From Candidatus Poribacteria bacterium (GTDB lineage Bacteria; Poribacteria; WGA-4E; WGA-3G): 64,000 bases of DNA. Numbering within the stretch: the first letter of the stretch is position 1; each line of letters begins with the position of its first letter. The notes beneath the pieces were generated by a model, which made no database searches, was not told the DNA's origin, and saw only the letters and a list, made by a program, of their open reading frames with translations. This document shows positions 40,613 to 49,973 of this stretch, one piece after another. The translations under genes were made by a program, and so were the position numbers. The DNA lies in NCBI GenBank assembly GCA_965242965.1, contig OZ251518.1:3168001-3232000 (forward strand), given 5' to 3'.

Positions 40613-41365
40613 ATGCGAAACATCAAACTGGTGCTGGAATATGACGGCACCAACTACCACGGCTGGCAAATCCAACCCAACCTCCCGACAATTCAGGGAG
40701 CGGTTGAGAATGCACTGACGAAATTGACAAAGTCACATATCCAGATTATCGGCGCGGGAAGGACGGATAGCGGTGTCCACGCCGAAGGACAAGTCGCGAA
40801 TTTCTACACCGATGCGCAGATACCGATTATCGCTTTCCAGAAGGGACTCAACAGCCTTCTGCCACGGGATATTGTCGTCTGTGAGGCAACGGAGATGCCT
40901 GCCGATTTCCACGCGCGGTTTAGTGCCACTAGTCGGCGGTATCGATATACGATTCTGCATCGCGCCTATCCCGCCGCGCTGGCGCGGCATAGAAGTTATT
41001 TTTATCCGATGGCGATTGACGTTTCGCAAATTGACGCGCTGTGTCAAAGTCTGGTGGGGAAACGGGATTTCTCCTCTTTCCAGAAAACGGGGAGTGATAG
41101 GTTAAATCCGGTGTGCGAGGTTTATGAGGCGCGTTGTTGGAAGGCGGATGAACATGTCTATATTGAAATTGAGGCGGATGCGTTTCTGCGGGGGATGGTG
41201 CGCGCCATCGTCGGGACGGTCTTGAAATATCAGCAGTGTGATGATGCGGCGATGCAATTTCGTCGCATTGTAGAAGCGAAGGAACGTGCAGCGGCGGGAC
41301 CTGCGGTGCCTGCCCACGGGTTGTCACTTATTCATGTCAAATACAGTAATACATCGCGACCGTAG
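40613..41365 (+). CDS. truA: tRNA pseudouridine(38-40) synthase
   Basis: EYDGTNYHGWQ, GAGRTDSGVHA, FHARFSA and FLRGMVR motifs; TTGACG-N17-TAAACT promoter at 40553-40581. Confidence 0.95.
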   Translation: MRNIKLVLEYDGTNYHGWQIQPNLPTIQGAVENALTKLTKSHIQIIGAGRTDSGVHAEGQVANFYTDAQIPIIAFQKGLNSLLPRDIVVCEATEMPADFHARFSATSRRYRYTILHRAYPAALARHRSYFYPMAIDVSQIDALCQSLVGKRDFSSFQKTGSDRLNPVCEVYEARCWKADEHVYIEIEADAFLRGMVRAIVGTVLKYQQCDDAAMQFRRIVEAKERAAAGPAVPAHGLSLIHVKYSNTSRP

Positions 41366-41546
41366 CGCGGGGGCCTGTCCCCCGCGAACCTGAGCTACCA
41401 CCGTAGCGCGGGGGCCTGTCCCCCGCGATCTTGAACGCATCGAGACCAGGAGGTCTCTCCTACACCGTAGCGCGAGGGCCTGTCCCTCGCGAACCTGAAT
41501 GCATCGAAACGCGGTCTCTCCTACCGGCATACAACGGAGGAAATTT

Positions 41547-42560
41547 ATGGATTACGCGCAAACTTTGAATGAACTTGAAACACTCGTCACCGAAACGTTT
41601 GGGCTCTGGGAGCACAATCGCGTCGGCTTCCAGTGGCGGCACTATACGTGGAATCACACGTTACGCGTGCGCGCGATGAGCATGGAACTCGGCAAGCGCG
41701 AAGGCGGCGACGTGAAACTGCTTGAAGTCGCCGGCACCCTACACGACATCACCAAGCGATACGACGGTGTCATCTTGACTGACGATAATGGACGCAGAAT
41801 TTTGGATCCGAGCGGTTTTTGGCTCAACGAAACCCTCACGCCGAGCGGACAGAACGTCGTCACCGAACTTTACGATAAGCACAACCTGCACGGGAAGGTG
41901 CATCACGAATCGGGGGCAGTCATCACGCAGCACATTTTGGCGCAGTATGACTTTGAGCCGGCGTTCGTTGAAGCCGCCACCGCCATCGTCTTGGCGCATC
42001 TGAAACCGGCGAATCTGACGGCAGAAAACTTCAATCTGCTGTATCGGAACATTGAGAATCAGATTTTATACGATGCCGATACCATGGATCCGAACGTCGG
42101 GTATACCGCCTTTTTCCGGAACATCCATATCCACGCGCACTTCGCGCTCCAACGCGGCAACTTCGATTTGGAGGACTACGTGCGCAATCTCCCGCGCTGG
42201 ATTAATTCCAAGCAGGAATTTGTGGATAAACTGCTGACTGCCGCCTCGCGCGAGGTAGCACAGGCTCGGCAAGATAGGAATCAGCAGCTCTTTTCGCAGA
42301 TGGTAGCGGAGTTGGAGGACATGGAGATAAATCGGAAATACGGGTTACTCGGCTTAATCGAGTATTTCGTCGGTGAAACAGCAGACCCGCATTTTCTGAA
42401 CCAGCTCACCTATTTGCAAACTGAGTGGCTGCCGCAACGGCGGCAGTGGTTGGCAGAGGAGGAGAAAAGTGGTTCAGCCCGCGACCGGGCGCAGGCGGCG
42501 ATTGCGCGCGTGGATGATTTCTTAACGCTGCTCGCCCGCGAAAGCCGCGGGGAGATTTAA
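41547..42560 (+). CDS. HD domain-containing protein
   Basis: NHTLRV, LHDITK, HHESGA and YDADTMD motifs; GGAGG RBS. Confidence 0.85.
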   Translation: MDYAQTLNELETLVTETFGLWEHNRVGFQWRHYTWNHTLRVRAMSMELGKREGGDVKLLEVAGTLHDITKRYDGVILTDDNGRRILDPSGFWLNETLTPSGQNVVTELYDKHNLHGKVHHESGAVITQHILAQYDFEPAFVEAATAIVLAHLKPANLTAENFNLLYRNIENQILYDADTMDPNVGYTAFFRNIHIHAHFALQRGNFDLEDYVRNLPRWINSKQEFVDKLLTAASREVAQARQDRNQQLFSQMVAELEDMEINRKYGLLGLIEYFVGETADPHFLNQLTYLQTEWLPQRRQWLAEEEKSGSARDRAQAAIARVDDFLTLLARESRGEI

Positions 42561-42562
42561 GC

Positions 42563-43160
42563 GAAGGTGTTTCATATCTTGATTTTATCGTAGCGCGGGG
42601 GCCTGTCCCCCGCGATCGTGGCCTGGCGAGGGACAGGCCCTCGCGCTACGGTGAGGGGGGGGGCGTTTTTTTTCGTAGGGCGGGGGCCTGTCCCCCGCGA
42701 TCTCCATCGTCAAGAGGTGGCGTTTTAGATCCTCTCTGTAGTTTGTGATCGCCTGATCACAAACGGGTCAGGATCAGGCGATCCTGACCTACAGGGCCTA
42801 GCGAGCGAGGCATGGCGAGGGACAGGCCCTCGCCCTACGGTGAGGGGGGGGCGTTTTTTCCGTAGCGCGGGGGCCTGTCCCCCGCGATCTCCATCGTCAA
42901 GAGGTGGCGTTTTAGATCCTCTCTGTAGTTTGTGATCGCCTGATCACAAACGGGTCAGGATCAGGCGATCCTGACTTACAGGGGTGGGGAGGCGTTTTTT
43001 TCACCGTAGCGCGGGGGCCTGTCCCCCGCGATCGGTGCATGGCGAGGGACAGGCCCTCGCCCTACGGTGAAGGAGGGCTTTCTGCCGCCCTATTGCATCG
43101 AGACCAGGAGGTCTCTCCTACGGGGGAGACGGAATCGTTCGGGGTATCACGAAACCCTTT
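42563..43160. repeat. Large REP cluster with an ~187-nt tandem duplication
   Basis: 42624-42796 is nearly identical to 42813-42984; begins with GAAGGTGTTTCATAT. Confidence 0.8.
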
Positions 43161-43235
43161 TTACAACAACGAGTTATGAAACGCAAAAACACCGGTAGGC
43201 CCGTTTTGAAACCGCACCTACCGGTCTGGAGGACT

Positions 43236-44099
43236 ATGATGAACAACTTATCACCAGCCGAACTCGGCGCACCGGCAATTCCGTATCCTGCGGAGCTCTA
43301 TCATTTTGACACCGTAGCGGCGGGCATCACCGGTGGCTTTCCAGCCGTAACCGACGCGGAGATTGAATACTTTCATCGGCACGGATACCTCGTCATCAAC
43401 GATGCTTTTAGTGCAACGGAGATTCAGGATGCCGTGGCGGGGATGGTTCATCTCATGGATGGCGGAAACCCCGATTTCCGGGCAATCCAATTTGAACCGT
43501 CGCTTGTCAAACGCAAAGACGAAATGGCACCCGGCGAACGCCGCGACGCCATCAGGAAGATTTTTCGTTTTGTTGACTACGAACCGCGTCTGAACGCCAT
43601 CGCGGAGCACGCGGGGTTACTCGGTGTGCTTGAACGCATGATGGACGCGGCACCCGCACTTTTTCAGGATATGGCGTTGGTGAAGCCACCGATTTTCGGT
43701 TCTGAAAAGCCGTGGCATCAAGATTGTGCCTATTTCAATCTGCCGCTGGGAACGACAGTTATCGGTGTATGGATTGCGTTGGACGAAGCCACGCCTGAAA
43801 ACGGGTGCATGCACATCATCCCCGGCTCGCATAACGAGGGCCCGATGATTCACTTTAAACGGCGCGATTGGCAGATTTGCGACACGCATGTCCCTGTCGC
43901 CCGCGATACGATGGTGCCGCTGCAACCGGGTGGATGTCTCTTCTGGCACGGGTTGCTCCATCACGGCAGCCCGGCGAACCAGTCGGCGCAGCGTCGGCGC
44001 GCCCTCCAATTTCACTATAAACCTGCCGATTGTCCGGAAATCACGACACAGGAACGCATGCAGCACTACGGTAGTGAAGGGAAGGATGTGGACTGCTAA
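43236..44099 (+). CDS. Phytanoyl-CoA dioxygenase (PhyH) family protein
   Basis: PWHQD, VWIALD, ENGCMHIIPGSH and HHGS..N...RR motifs; GGAGG RBS. Confidence 0.92.
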   Translation: MMNNLSPAELGAPAIPYPAELYHFDTVAAGITGGFPAVTDAEIEYFHRHGYLVINDAFSATEIQDAVAGMVHLMDGGNPDFRAIQFEPSLVKRKDEMAPGERRDAIRKIFRFVDYEPRLNAIAEHAGLLGVLERMMDAAPALFQDMALVKPPIFGSEKPWHQDCAYFNLPLGTTVIGVWIALDEATPENGCMHIIPGSHNEGPMIHFKRRDWQICDTHVPVARDTMVPLQPGGCLFWHGLLHHGSPANQSAQRRRALQFHYKPADCPEITTQERMQHYGSEGKDVDC

Positions 44100-44110
44100 A
44101 TCGGATAGTT

Positions 44111-44995
44111 ATGAAAACCTTCTCTTTTGCAATCTGCCTCATGTTGAGCGTCTGGAGTTACCCTGTTGGCGCGGCACTCACCGAAGCCGCCCAACATGTC
44201 CTCGCTACTATTGAATGGGTGGATATCCCGGAAGGCACATTCCTCATGGGTTCGACCTCGGAAGAGGCAGAAGCCGCCTACGAAGACGCGAAGTTGCGGA
44301 GTTCCTTGCTTGAACGGCACACCTTTGACGCGGAAGTGCCGCAACAGCGCGTCTCCTTCGCCGCCTATCAGATATCGCGGTATGAAATCACGAACGCGCA
44401 ATATCGCGCCTTTGTGGAAGCAACCGGCCGCCCTACCCCACGCGGACATAACGGCGAGGATACTTGGGCAGACGAGAAGTTCAACGCCGATAACCAACCT
44501 GTCGTCGGGGTGACGTGGTTTGACGCGCAGGCGTTCGCGGAGTGGATTGGCGGCAGCCTCCCCACCGAAGCGCAGTGGGAACGCGCAGCACGCGGCACGG
44601 AAGGACAAACCTATCCCTGGGGAAACGCACCGCCAAAGGCGCGTCATCACGCCAACTTCGCTCGCCGATACAATCGTCCAATGCCGGTGGGGACGTTCGC
44701 CAAAGGCGCATCACCTGAAGGCATCGCCGACCTGGGTGGAAACGTCTGGGAATGGTGCCTTGATGAATACAGCCCGACATTTTATCAAGATGGACTCCGG
44801 ACGGAGAACCCGATGAACCTCCGCTACCGCGATGTGCTGCGTGCCCGCGTCATCCGAGGCGGTGCGTGGGATGTCGGCAGTGCGTTCCTTCGTTCCGCTT
44901 TGCGATTCAAATTCTATCCGCTTGATTCAACGCATACCATTGGGTTCCGAGTCATCAGACCACGTCCGAAGATTAGGATAGGATTAAAGGATTAG
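44111..44995 (+). CDS. Formylglycine-generating enzyme (SUMF1) fold protein with a signal peptide
   Basis: FLMGS, RYEITNAQY, LPTEAQWERAARG, GNVWEW, RGGAW and GFRV motifs. Confidence 0.88.
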   Translation: MKTFSFAICLMLSVWSYPVGAALTEAAQHVLATIEWVDIPEGTFLMGSTSEEAEAAYEDAKLRSSLLERHTFDAEVPQQRVSFAAYQISRYEITNAQYRAFVEATGRPTPRGHNGEDTWADEKFNADNQPVVGVTWFDAQAFAEWIGGSLPTEAQWERAARGTEGQTYPWGNAPPKARHHANFARRYNRPMPVGTFAKGASPEGIADLGGNVWEWCLDEYSPTFYQDGLRTENPMNLRYRDVLRARVIRGGAWDVGSAFLRSALRFKFYPLDSTHTIGFRVIRPRPKIRIGLKD

Positions 44996-45004
44996 GAGTA
45001 AGGG

Positions 45005-45262
45005 ATGGCGAGGGACAGGCCCTCGCCCTACGATGAAGTGCCGTTTTTCCCGTAGCGCGGGGGCCCTCGGATGCCATCCGCGCATCCGAGCGGGTTTCCC
45101 CCGCGATCGTTGGAGTGCGCAGATGCTGGCGAGGGGAACCCGCTCGCCTGCGCGTGTGGAAACCTGCGAGGGCCCTCGCCTACGATGAAGGTGTTTTTCC
45201 CGTAGCGCGGGGGCCTGTCCCCCGCGATCGCAGCATGGCGAGGGACAGGCCCTCGCCCTACG
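45005..45262. repeat. REP cluster
   Basis: GTAG palindromes in alternating orientation. Confidence 0.75.
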
Positions 45263-45278
45263 AAACTAATACGAATGA

Positions 45279-46928
45279 ATGATGAAACGTTATCTGCTCA
45301 TCCTGCTCATCCTTATTTGCCCAAGCCTCGGTACCGCCGAACCTTTCTTTCGGGATGTCACCGAAGAGATGGGACTTGATTTCCGGCACGTCAACGGATT
45401 TTCCGCCGAACGCCGCCTCGTTGAGACGGTGGGGAGCGGCGGCGCACTCTTTGACTACGATAACGATGGGGACTTAGATCTTTATCTCGGCCAAGGCAAT
45501 TCCCTTGAAAATGTCAGGACAGATGTCCATATCCGTCCGCTATCTTCCGCTACGCCAACAAACCGCCTCTATCGCAACGACAACGGCACTTTCACCGACG
45601 TAACGGAAACCGCCAACGTCGGCGATACCGGGTATGGGCTCGGTGCTGTCGCCGCAGATTACGATGGCGATGGCCACCGCGATATTTACGTGACGAACTT
45701 GGGCGCGAACGTGCTTTATCGCAACAACGGCGATGGCACGTTCACCGATGTGACAGCGCAAGCCAACGTCGGTTGTCCGCTGCTGAGCACAAGTGCCGCC
45801 TTCGCCGATATTGATAGAGATGGCGACTTGGATTTATACGTTTGCAACTACATTGAATACGCGCTGGAGACAGATATCCCCTGCTACCATAAAAAAACGA
45901 TTCGTATTTACTGCGGCCCGAACGAATATCACGGCATCGCCGATGTCCTGTATCGTAATAATGGCGATGGCACGTTCACGGATATTACCAAATCTGCCGG
46001 TGTTTACGAACCCACCACGCGCGGGCTCGGAGTCGTCTTTACCGATGTCAACGACGATAGTTGGCTGGACATCTACGTCGCCAACGACATGAGTCCGAAT
46101 ACCCTTTTCATGAATCAGGGAGATGGCACATTTCGGGAGGAAGGCGTGCTGCGCGGTGTCGCCTACAACGGCGATGGCATCGCAAACGGCTCCATGGGCA
46201 TTGATGCCGGCGATTACGATAACGACGGTGACATCGACTTGTGGGTGACGAACTTCTCGTTGGAGGCGAACTGCCTCGTGCAAAACGATGGCGATGCCTA
46301 TTTTGAGGACGTGACGTTTGACACCGGGCTCGCCGATGCTTCTTTCTATTCCCTCGGCTTCGGCACTCGGTTCATCGATTTTGATAACGATGGCTGGCTC
46401 GATTTACTCGTCGGCAATGGGCATATCTGGGACAACGTCAAGCATATTGACGCGAAAATGAGTTACGCGCAACCCGTGCAGTTGTTCCGCAATCAGCGCG
46501 GCACTTTCACCGAGATTACTGCAGCGGCAGGATTGAATAAGACGCACTACGTCGTGCGCGGGATGCTCTTCGGCGACATTGATAACGATGGCGATACGGA
46601 TGTTGTCCTCTGTCAATCTAACCGTCCGGCGGTTATCCTCCGCAACGAGATAGGGAATAAGAACGCGTGGCTGACAGTGAAGTTAGTCGGACCCGAGGGA
46701 AACATAGATGCCATCGGCGCGCAGGTTCAACTAGAAACAACGGCAAACCTAACGCTGCTTCGTGAAGTTATCTGTGGTGCAAGTTATCTGGCGGGCAATG
46801 ATACGCGTATCTCTTTCGGGTTAGGCGATGCCTCGCGCGTAGAACGTCTTCAAATCCGCTGGCCTGATGGAACCCTTGAACACTTTGATGAAGTCCCAAC
46901 CCGACAGACTCTCACGTTGACACGTTGA
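45279..46928 (+). CDS. CRTAC1/ASPIC-UnbV family FG-GAP repeat protein
   Basis: DYDNDGDLD and YRNNGDGTFTD repeats, ASPIC-like C-terminus, signal peptide. Confidence 0.88.
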   Translation: MMKRYLLILLILICPSLGTAEPFFRDVTEEMGLDFRHVNGFSAERRLVETVGSGGALFDYDNDGDLDLYLGQGNSLENVRTDVHIRPLSSATPTNRLYRNDNGTFTDVTETANVGDTGYGLGAVAADYDGDGHRDIYVTNLGANVLYRNNGDGTFTDVTAQANVGCPLLSTSAAFADIDRDGDLDLYVCNYIEYALETDIPCYHKKTIRIYCGPNEYHGIADVLYRNNGDGTFTDITKSAGVYEPTTRGLGVVFTDVNDDSWLDIYVANDMSPNTLFMNQGDGTFREEGVLRGVAYNGDGIANGSMGIDAGDYDNDGDIDLWVTNFSLEANCLVQNDGDAYFEDVTFDTGLADASFYSLGFGTRFIDFDNDGWLDLLVGNGHIWDNVKHIDAKMSYAQPVQLFRNQRGTFTEITAAAGLNKTHYVVRGMLFGDIDNDGDTDVVLCQSNRPAVILRNEIGNKNAWLTVKLVGPEGNIDAIGAQVQLETTANLTLLREVICGASYLAGNDTRISFGLGDASRVERLQIRWPDGTLEHFDEVPTRQTLTLTR

Positions 46929-46959
46929 CGAGTAGGTGGAAGGTATTGCAGGCCAGCGA

Positions 46960-47705
46960 AGCAGGATTAGGAGCAGGATTTCCACGATTTATCACGATTT
47001 CCAGGATTAGGAGCAGGATTTCCACGATATGAGCAGGATTTACCAAGATTTATCACGATTTATCACGATTAGAGTCTCCGTTTAAAGATACGGAAACCTC
47101 TCGCAACCTATAGGCGTTCGGAACGCTTTCGGACTTGCAAGAACACTGTCGCTGTAAGTGAAACGTAATCTTGCTAATCTTGTTAAATCTTGTGAATCCT
47201 GCTCATATCTTGCTCATCTTGTCTTCTCTTGTAAATCCTGCTCGTCTCTTGCTACTCTTGCAAATCATGAGCAGGATTTCCACGATTATCACGATTTCCA
47301 GGATTAGGGTTCTGATGCGCCGGCACCGTTCTGGCAGGCCACGGGGTATTTGATGCCTCAGCACCCCAAAATCTTGCTAATCTTGTTAAATCTTGTAAAT
47401 CATGAGCAGGATTATCACGATTTCCAAGATTTCCACGATTAGAGTCTCCGTTTAAGGATACGGAAACCTCTCGCTACCTATAGGCGGTTGGAACGCTTTC
47501 TGTCTTGCAAGAACACTGTCGTTGTAAGTGAAACGTAATCGTGCTAATCTTGTAAAATCGTGTAAATCCTGCTCATCTCTTGCAAATCATGAGCAGGATT
47601 ATCACGATTATCACGATTTTCAGGATTAGGGTTCTGACGCGCCGGCACCGTTTTGGCAGCCCCCCGCGGTGTTGGTGCATCAGAACCCCAAAATCCTGCT
47701 CAAAA
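46960..47705. repeat. Low-complexity CAGGATT/AATCYTG repeats enclosing an A-B-A-B array of structured units
   Basis: A units at 47067-47170 and 47436-47540; B units at 47300-47372 and 47621-47697. Confidence 0.7.
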
Positions 47706-47745
47706 GATTCTTGACAACAATTATTATTCATGCTATCATTAACCC

Positions 47746-48090
47746 ATGAAAATCGTTGAAGAAAGAGAAGCATGGATTTACACGCACTTCATCGTGGATA
47801 GTTTTTTCATCACTGAATCGGAACGGCGGCAGATTTCTACTCGCGTTGAGCCGGAGTTAATCCAACTCGGCATCCAATATGGCCTGACGTATACCCTCGC
47901 GCCATCGAAACATCGCGCCATCATCGTTTTGGAGTGCATTCCGTTTGATTCGGTGAAAGCCGCGGTGAAGCAACTGATTAACGATGTCATCGCAGATTTC
48001 CCGGTTCGGCACCCTGAACAGCGGAACGTTGTCACCAACATCACCGTCGCCGAACCAGAACCAGTCAATGCCCCAGGCCTGGGGCAGTAA
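47746..48090 (+). CDS. Hypothetical protein, probably leaderless
   Basis: Plausible 114-aa ORF; TTGACA-N17-TATCAT (47711-47739) ends 6 nt before the ATG, with no SD. Confidence 0.7.
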   Translation: MKIVEEREAWIYTHFIVDSFFITESERRQISTRVEPELIQLGIQYGLTYTLAPSKHRAIIVLECIPFDSVKAAVKQLINDVIADFPVRHPEQRNVVTNITVAEPEPVNAPGLGQ

Positions 48091-49414
48091 GCACGTGCGT
48101 GCCGACGGTGCCATCGGTAATGTTAAAAATCGATGGGAATCTGTCGCGCCAGCCATCGTTTGCACTTGGACAGAATTGGCGTGCGTTTCCCTCAATTGCG
48201 GTGACACCTGGGATGCGAGCTGCCAGTCCTGCGGAATGCAAGAACGACGCGCCCGGGCACGTTAAATCCTGCACGGCGAGGAACATGCCGTATTCCGCTG
48301 CGGCGGCACCCATCAGCAAGGCTTGCGATTGCCCTTTACACGCCTTAAGCGCAACGCCGGAATAGCCTTGTTCGCGTGCCAACAGAAACGTCTCGAAATC
48401 GGTGAGCGATTCGTCAATCACGACAGGTTTTATCGCCGCGGCTTGATGCATCCGATTTTCAGGGTGCGCCTTCAAATCCCGGGCGGTGGGTTGTTCGATG
48501 TAGGCGAGGCGGTGAAATGCCTGTTCTTCTGTTTCGCGGATGCGATTAAGGAATTCAAGGAGGTATGCGACATCTTTACACGTTTCATTGAAATCGGCGG
48601 AGTAGTGCCACGTGTGAACGCCGCGTTTCGCTTGTGTCTCCGCGGTGATTTTATCAATCGCCAACACACGCGCTACGTCCCAGTCCAGATTATCGCCGTT
48701 CAATTTAATCTTGAGATGCGTTAGGCCATCTGCTATAATCCATTCAGGGAGTGTTTCGGGTAAGCCGTCATTGAGCCGTTCCTGCATATCGGCATCGGTT
48801 AAGGCATCGAGCGCGCCGATGAGATGGTAGAGCGGCATGGTAGGCTTCGGCATCCGCGCCGTATACCTGTCTAGATATTTGCCGGTGAACCTGTCATTCA
48901 GGAAATGTGACAAATCTGCGCTGACGAACGCCTCGCCGAGTCCGTTGTAGCTGTTGATACCGTTCGCTTTGCCGAAGGCATCGTGAATGGCGGCATCAAT
49001 AGGGCTCGTGGTAACGACGGTGCAAAGTTTCGGCATCGGCGAATTGAGTTGCATCTCATGAGAGAGTTCATCGGCGATGCGCAGAAATTCCGGTTCAAGC
49101 ACTTCGGAGAGTTCGAGCGGATGCGCGCAGATAGTGCAATCGCGTGTCGTCGCCACTGCCAATTCGGCGAGTCGTTTCATCGCCGCGAGACTCTGTTCAA
49201 ACGGCGCGTAGCGCGGCGGAAATGCCCAGACGTTGCCGAGCGGCATGGAGCCGGTGCCTTCTGCCTCTTTTCCGTCGCGCGTCTGCACTTGCAGCCGGAC
49301 GTTAAAGAGAATACAATGTTCTGTCGGTACCCCACCGAACTTCAGCGGCGTGCGGTAGTGGTGCGCTTCAAAATCGTAATCAACATCGAGGATACGAATA
49401 TCGGTAGTTCTCAT
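48065..49414 (-). CDS. Mandelate racemase/muconate lactonizing enzyme (enolase superfamily) protein
   Basis: IDAAIHDA, HLKIKL (KxK), ADFNE, YIEQP, IDES and VALK motifs. Confidence 0.85.
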   Translation of the reverse strand: MRTTDIRILDVDYDFEAHHYRTPLKFGGVPTEHCILFNVRLQVQTRDGKEAEGTGSMPLGNVWAFPPRYAPFEQSLAAMKRLAELAVATTRDCTICAHPLELSEVLEPEFLRIADELSHEMQLNSPMPKLCTVVTTSPIDAAIHDAFGKANGINSYNGLGEAFVSADLSHFLNDRFTGKYLDRYTARMPKPTMPLYHLIGALDALTDADMQERLNDGLPETLPEWIIADGLTHLKIKLNGDNLDWDVARVLAIDKITAETQAKRGVHTWHYSADFNETCKDVAYLLEFLNRIRETEEQAFHRLAYIEQPTARDLKAHPENRMHQAAAIKPVVIDESLTDFETFLLAREQGYSGVALKACKGQSQALLMGAAAAEYGMFLAVQDLTCPGASFLHSAGLAARIPGVTAIEGNARQFCPSANDGWRDRFPSIFNITDGTVGTHVLTAPGLGH

Positions 49415-49614
49415 TTCTTTGTTGTTCCTAGTTTCTTTGTTGTTCCTAGCGGTTGTTTGAGGTTGTCTTGGCGTATTGGCTTCAATTTATCAGACCGTCT
49501 TGACGTTGTCAAGACTTGAAACTCTTGGCCAGGGCATGCGAGTGAGCTCAACACCTTCTCTGCCTGATTCGGTTTCCAAACAGGCGTTGAACAACGCCTC
49601 GCGAACATGTCTGT

Positions 49615-49643
49615 ATGATACACGAATGTATCTGAAATGTCAA
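49615..49643 (-). promoter_or_regulatory. sigma70-type promoter for the enolase-family gene, giving an ~195-nt leader
   Basis: Minus strand TTGACA-N17-TATCAT. Confidence 0.6.
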
Positions 49644-49679
49644 GTGTTTTGTTGCGCCGATAGTTCCTTAACGGCAGCA

Positions 49680-49970
49680 ACGCAATCCTGGAAATCCTGC
49701 GAAATCCTGCGAAATCCGGAGCAGGATTATCACGGTCACGCCTGTCAAGACGGTCACGCCTGTCAAGACGATCAGGTTTTCCTGATTGTCCCTCTTCAGG
49801 TTTTCCTGATTGTCCCTCTTCCAGGATTTACCAGGATTAGGTCTCGGGTGCGCCGGACACCGTTTTGGCATGCCACGAGGTATTCCACCTATCAAAACCT
49901 ATAATCTTGCTCAATCTTGTAAATCTTGTAAATCCTGCTCATTTCTTGCTCAAATCTTGCTCAAATCTTG
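49680..49970. repeat. CAGGATT/AATCYTG low-complexity repeat with a third B-type unit
   Basis: 49834-49905 resembles the B units at 47300 and 47621. Confidence 0.6.
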
Positions 49971-49973
49971 CTT

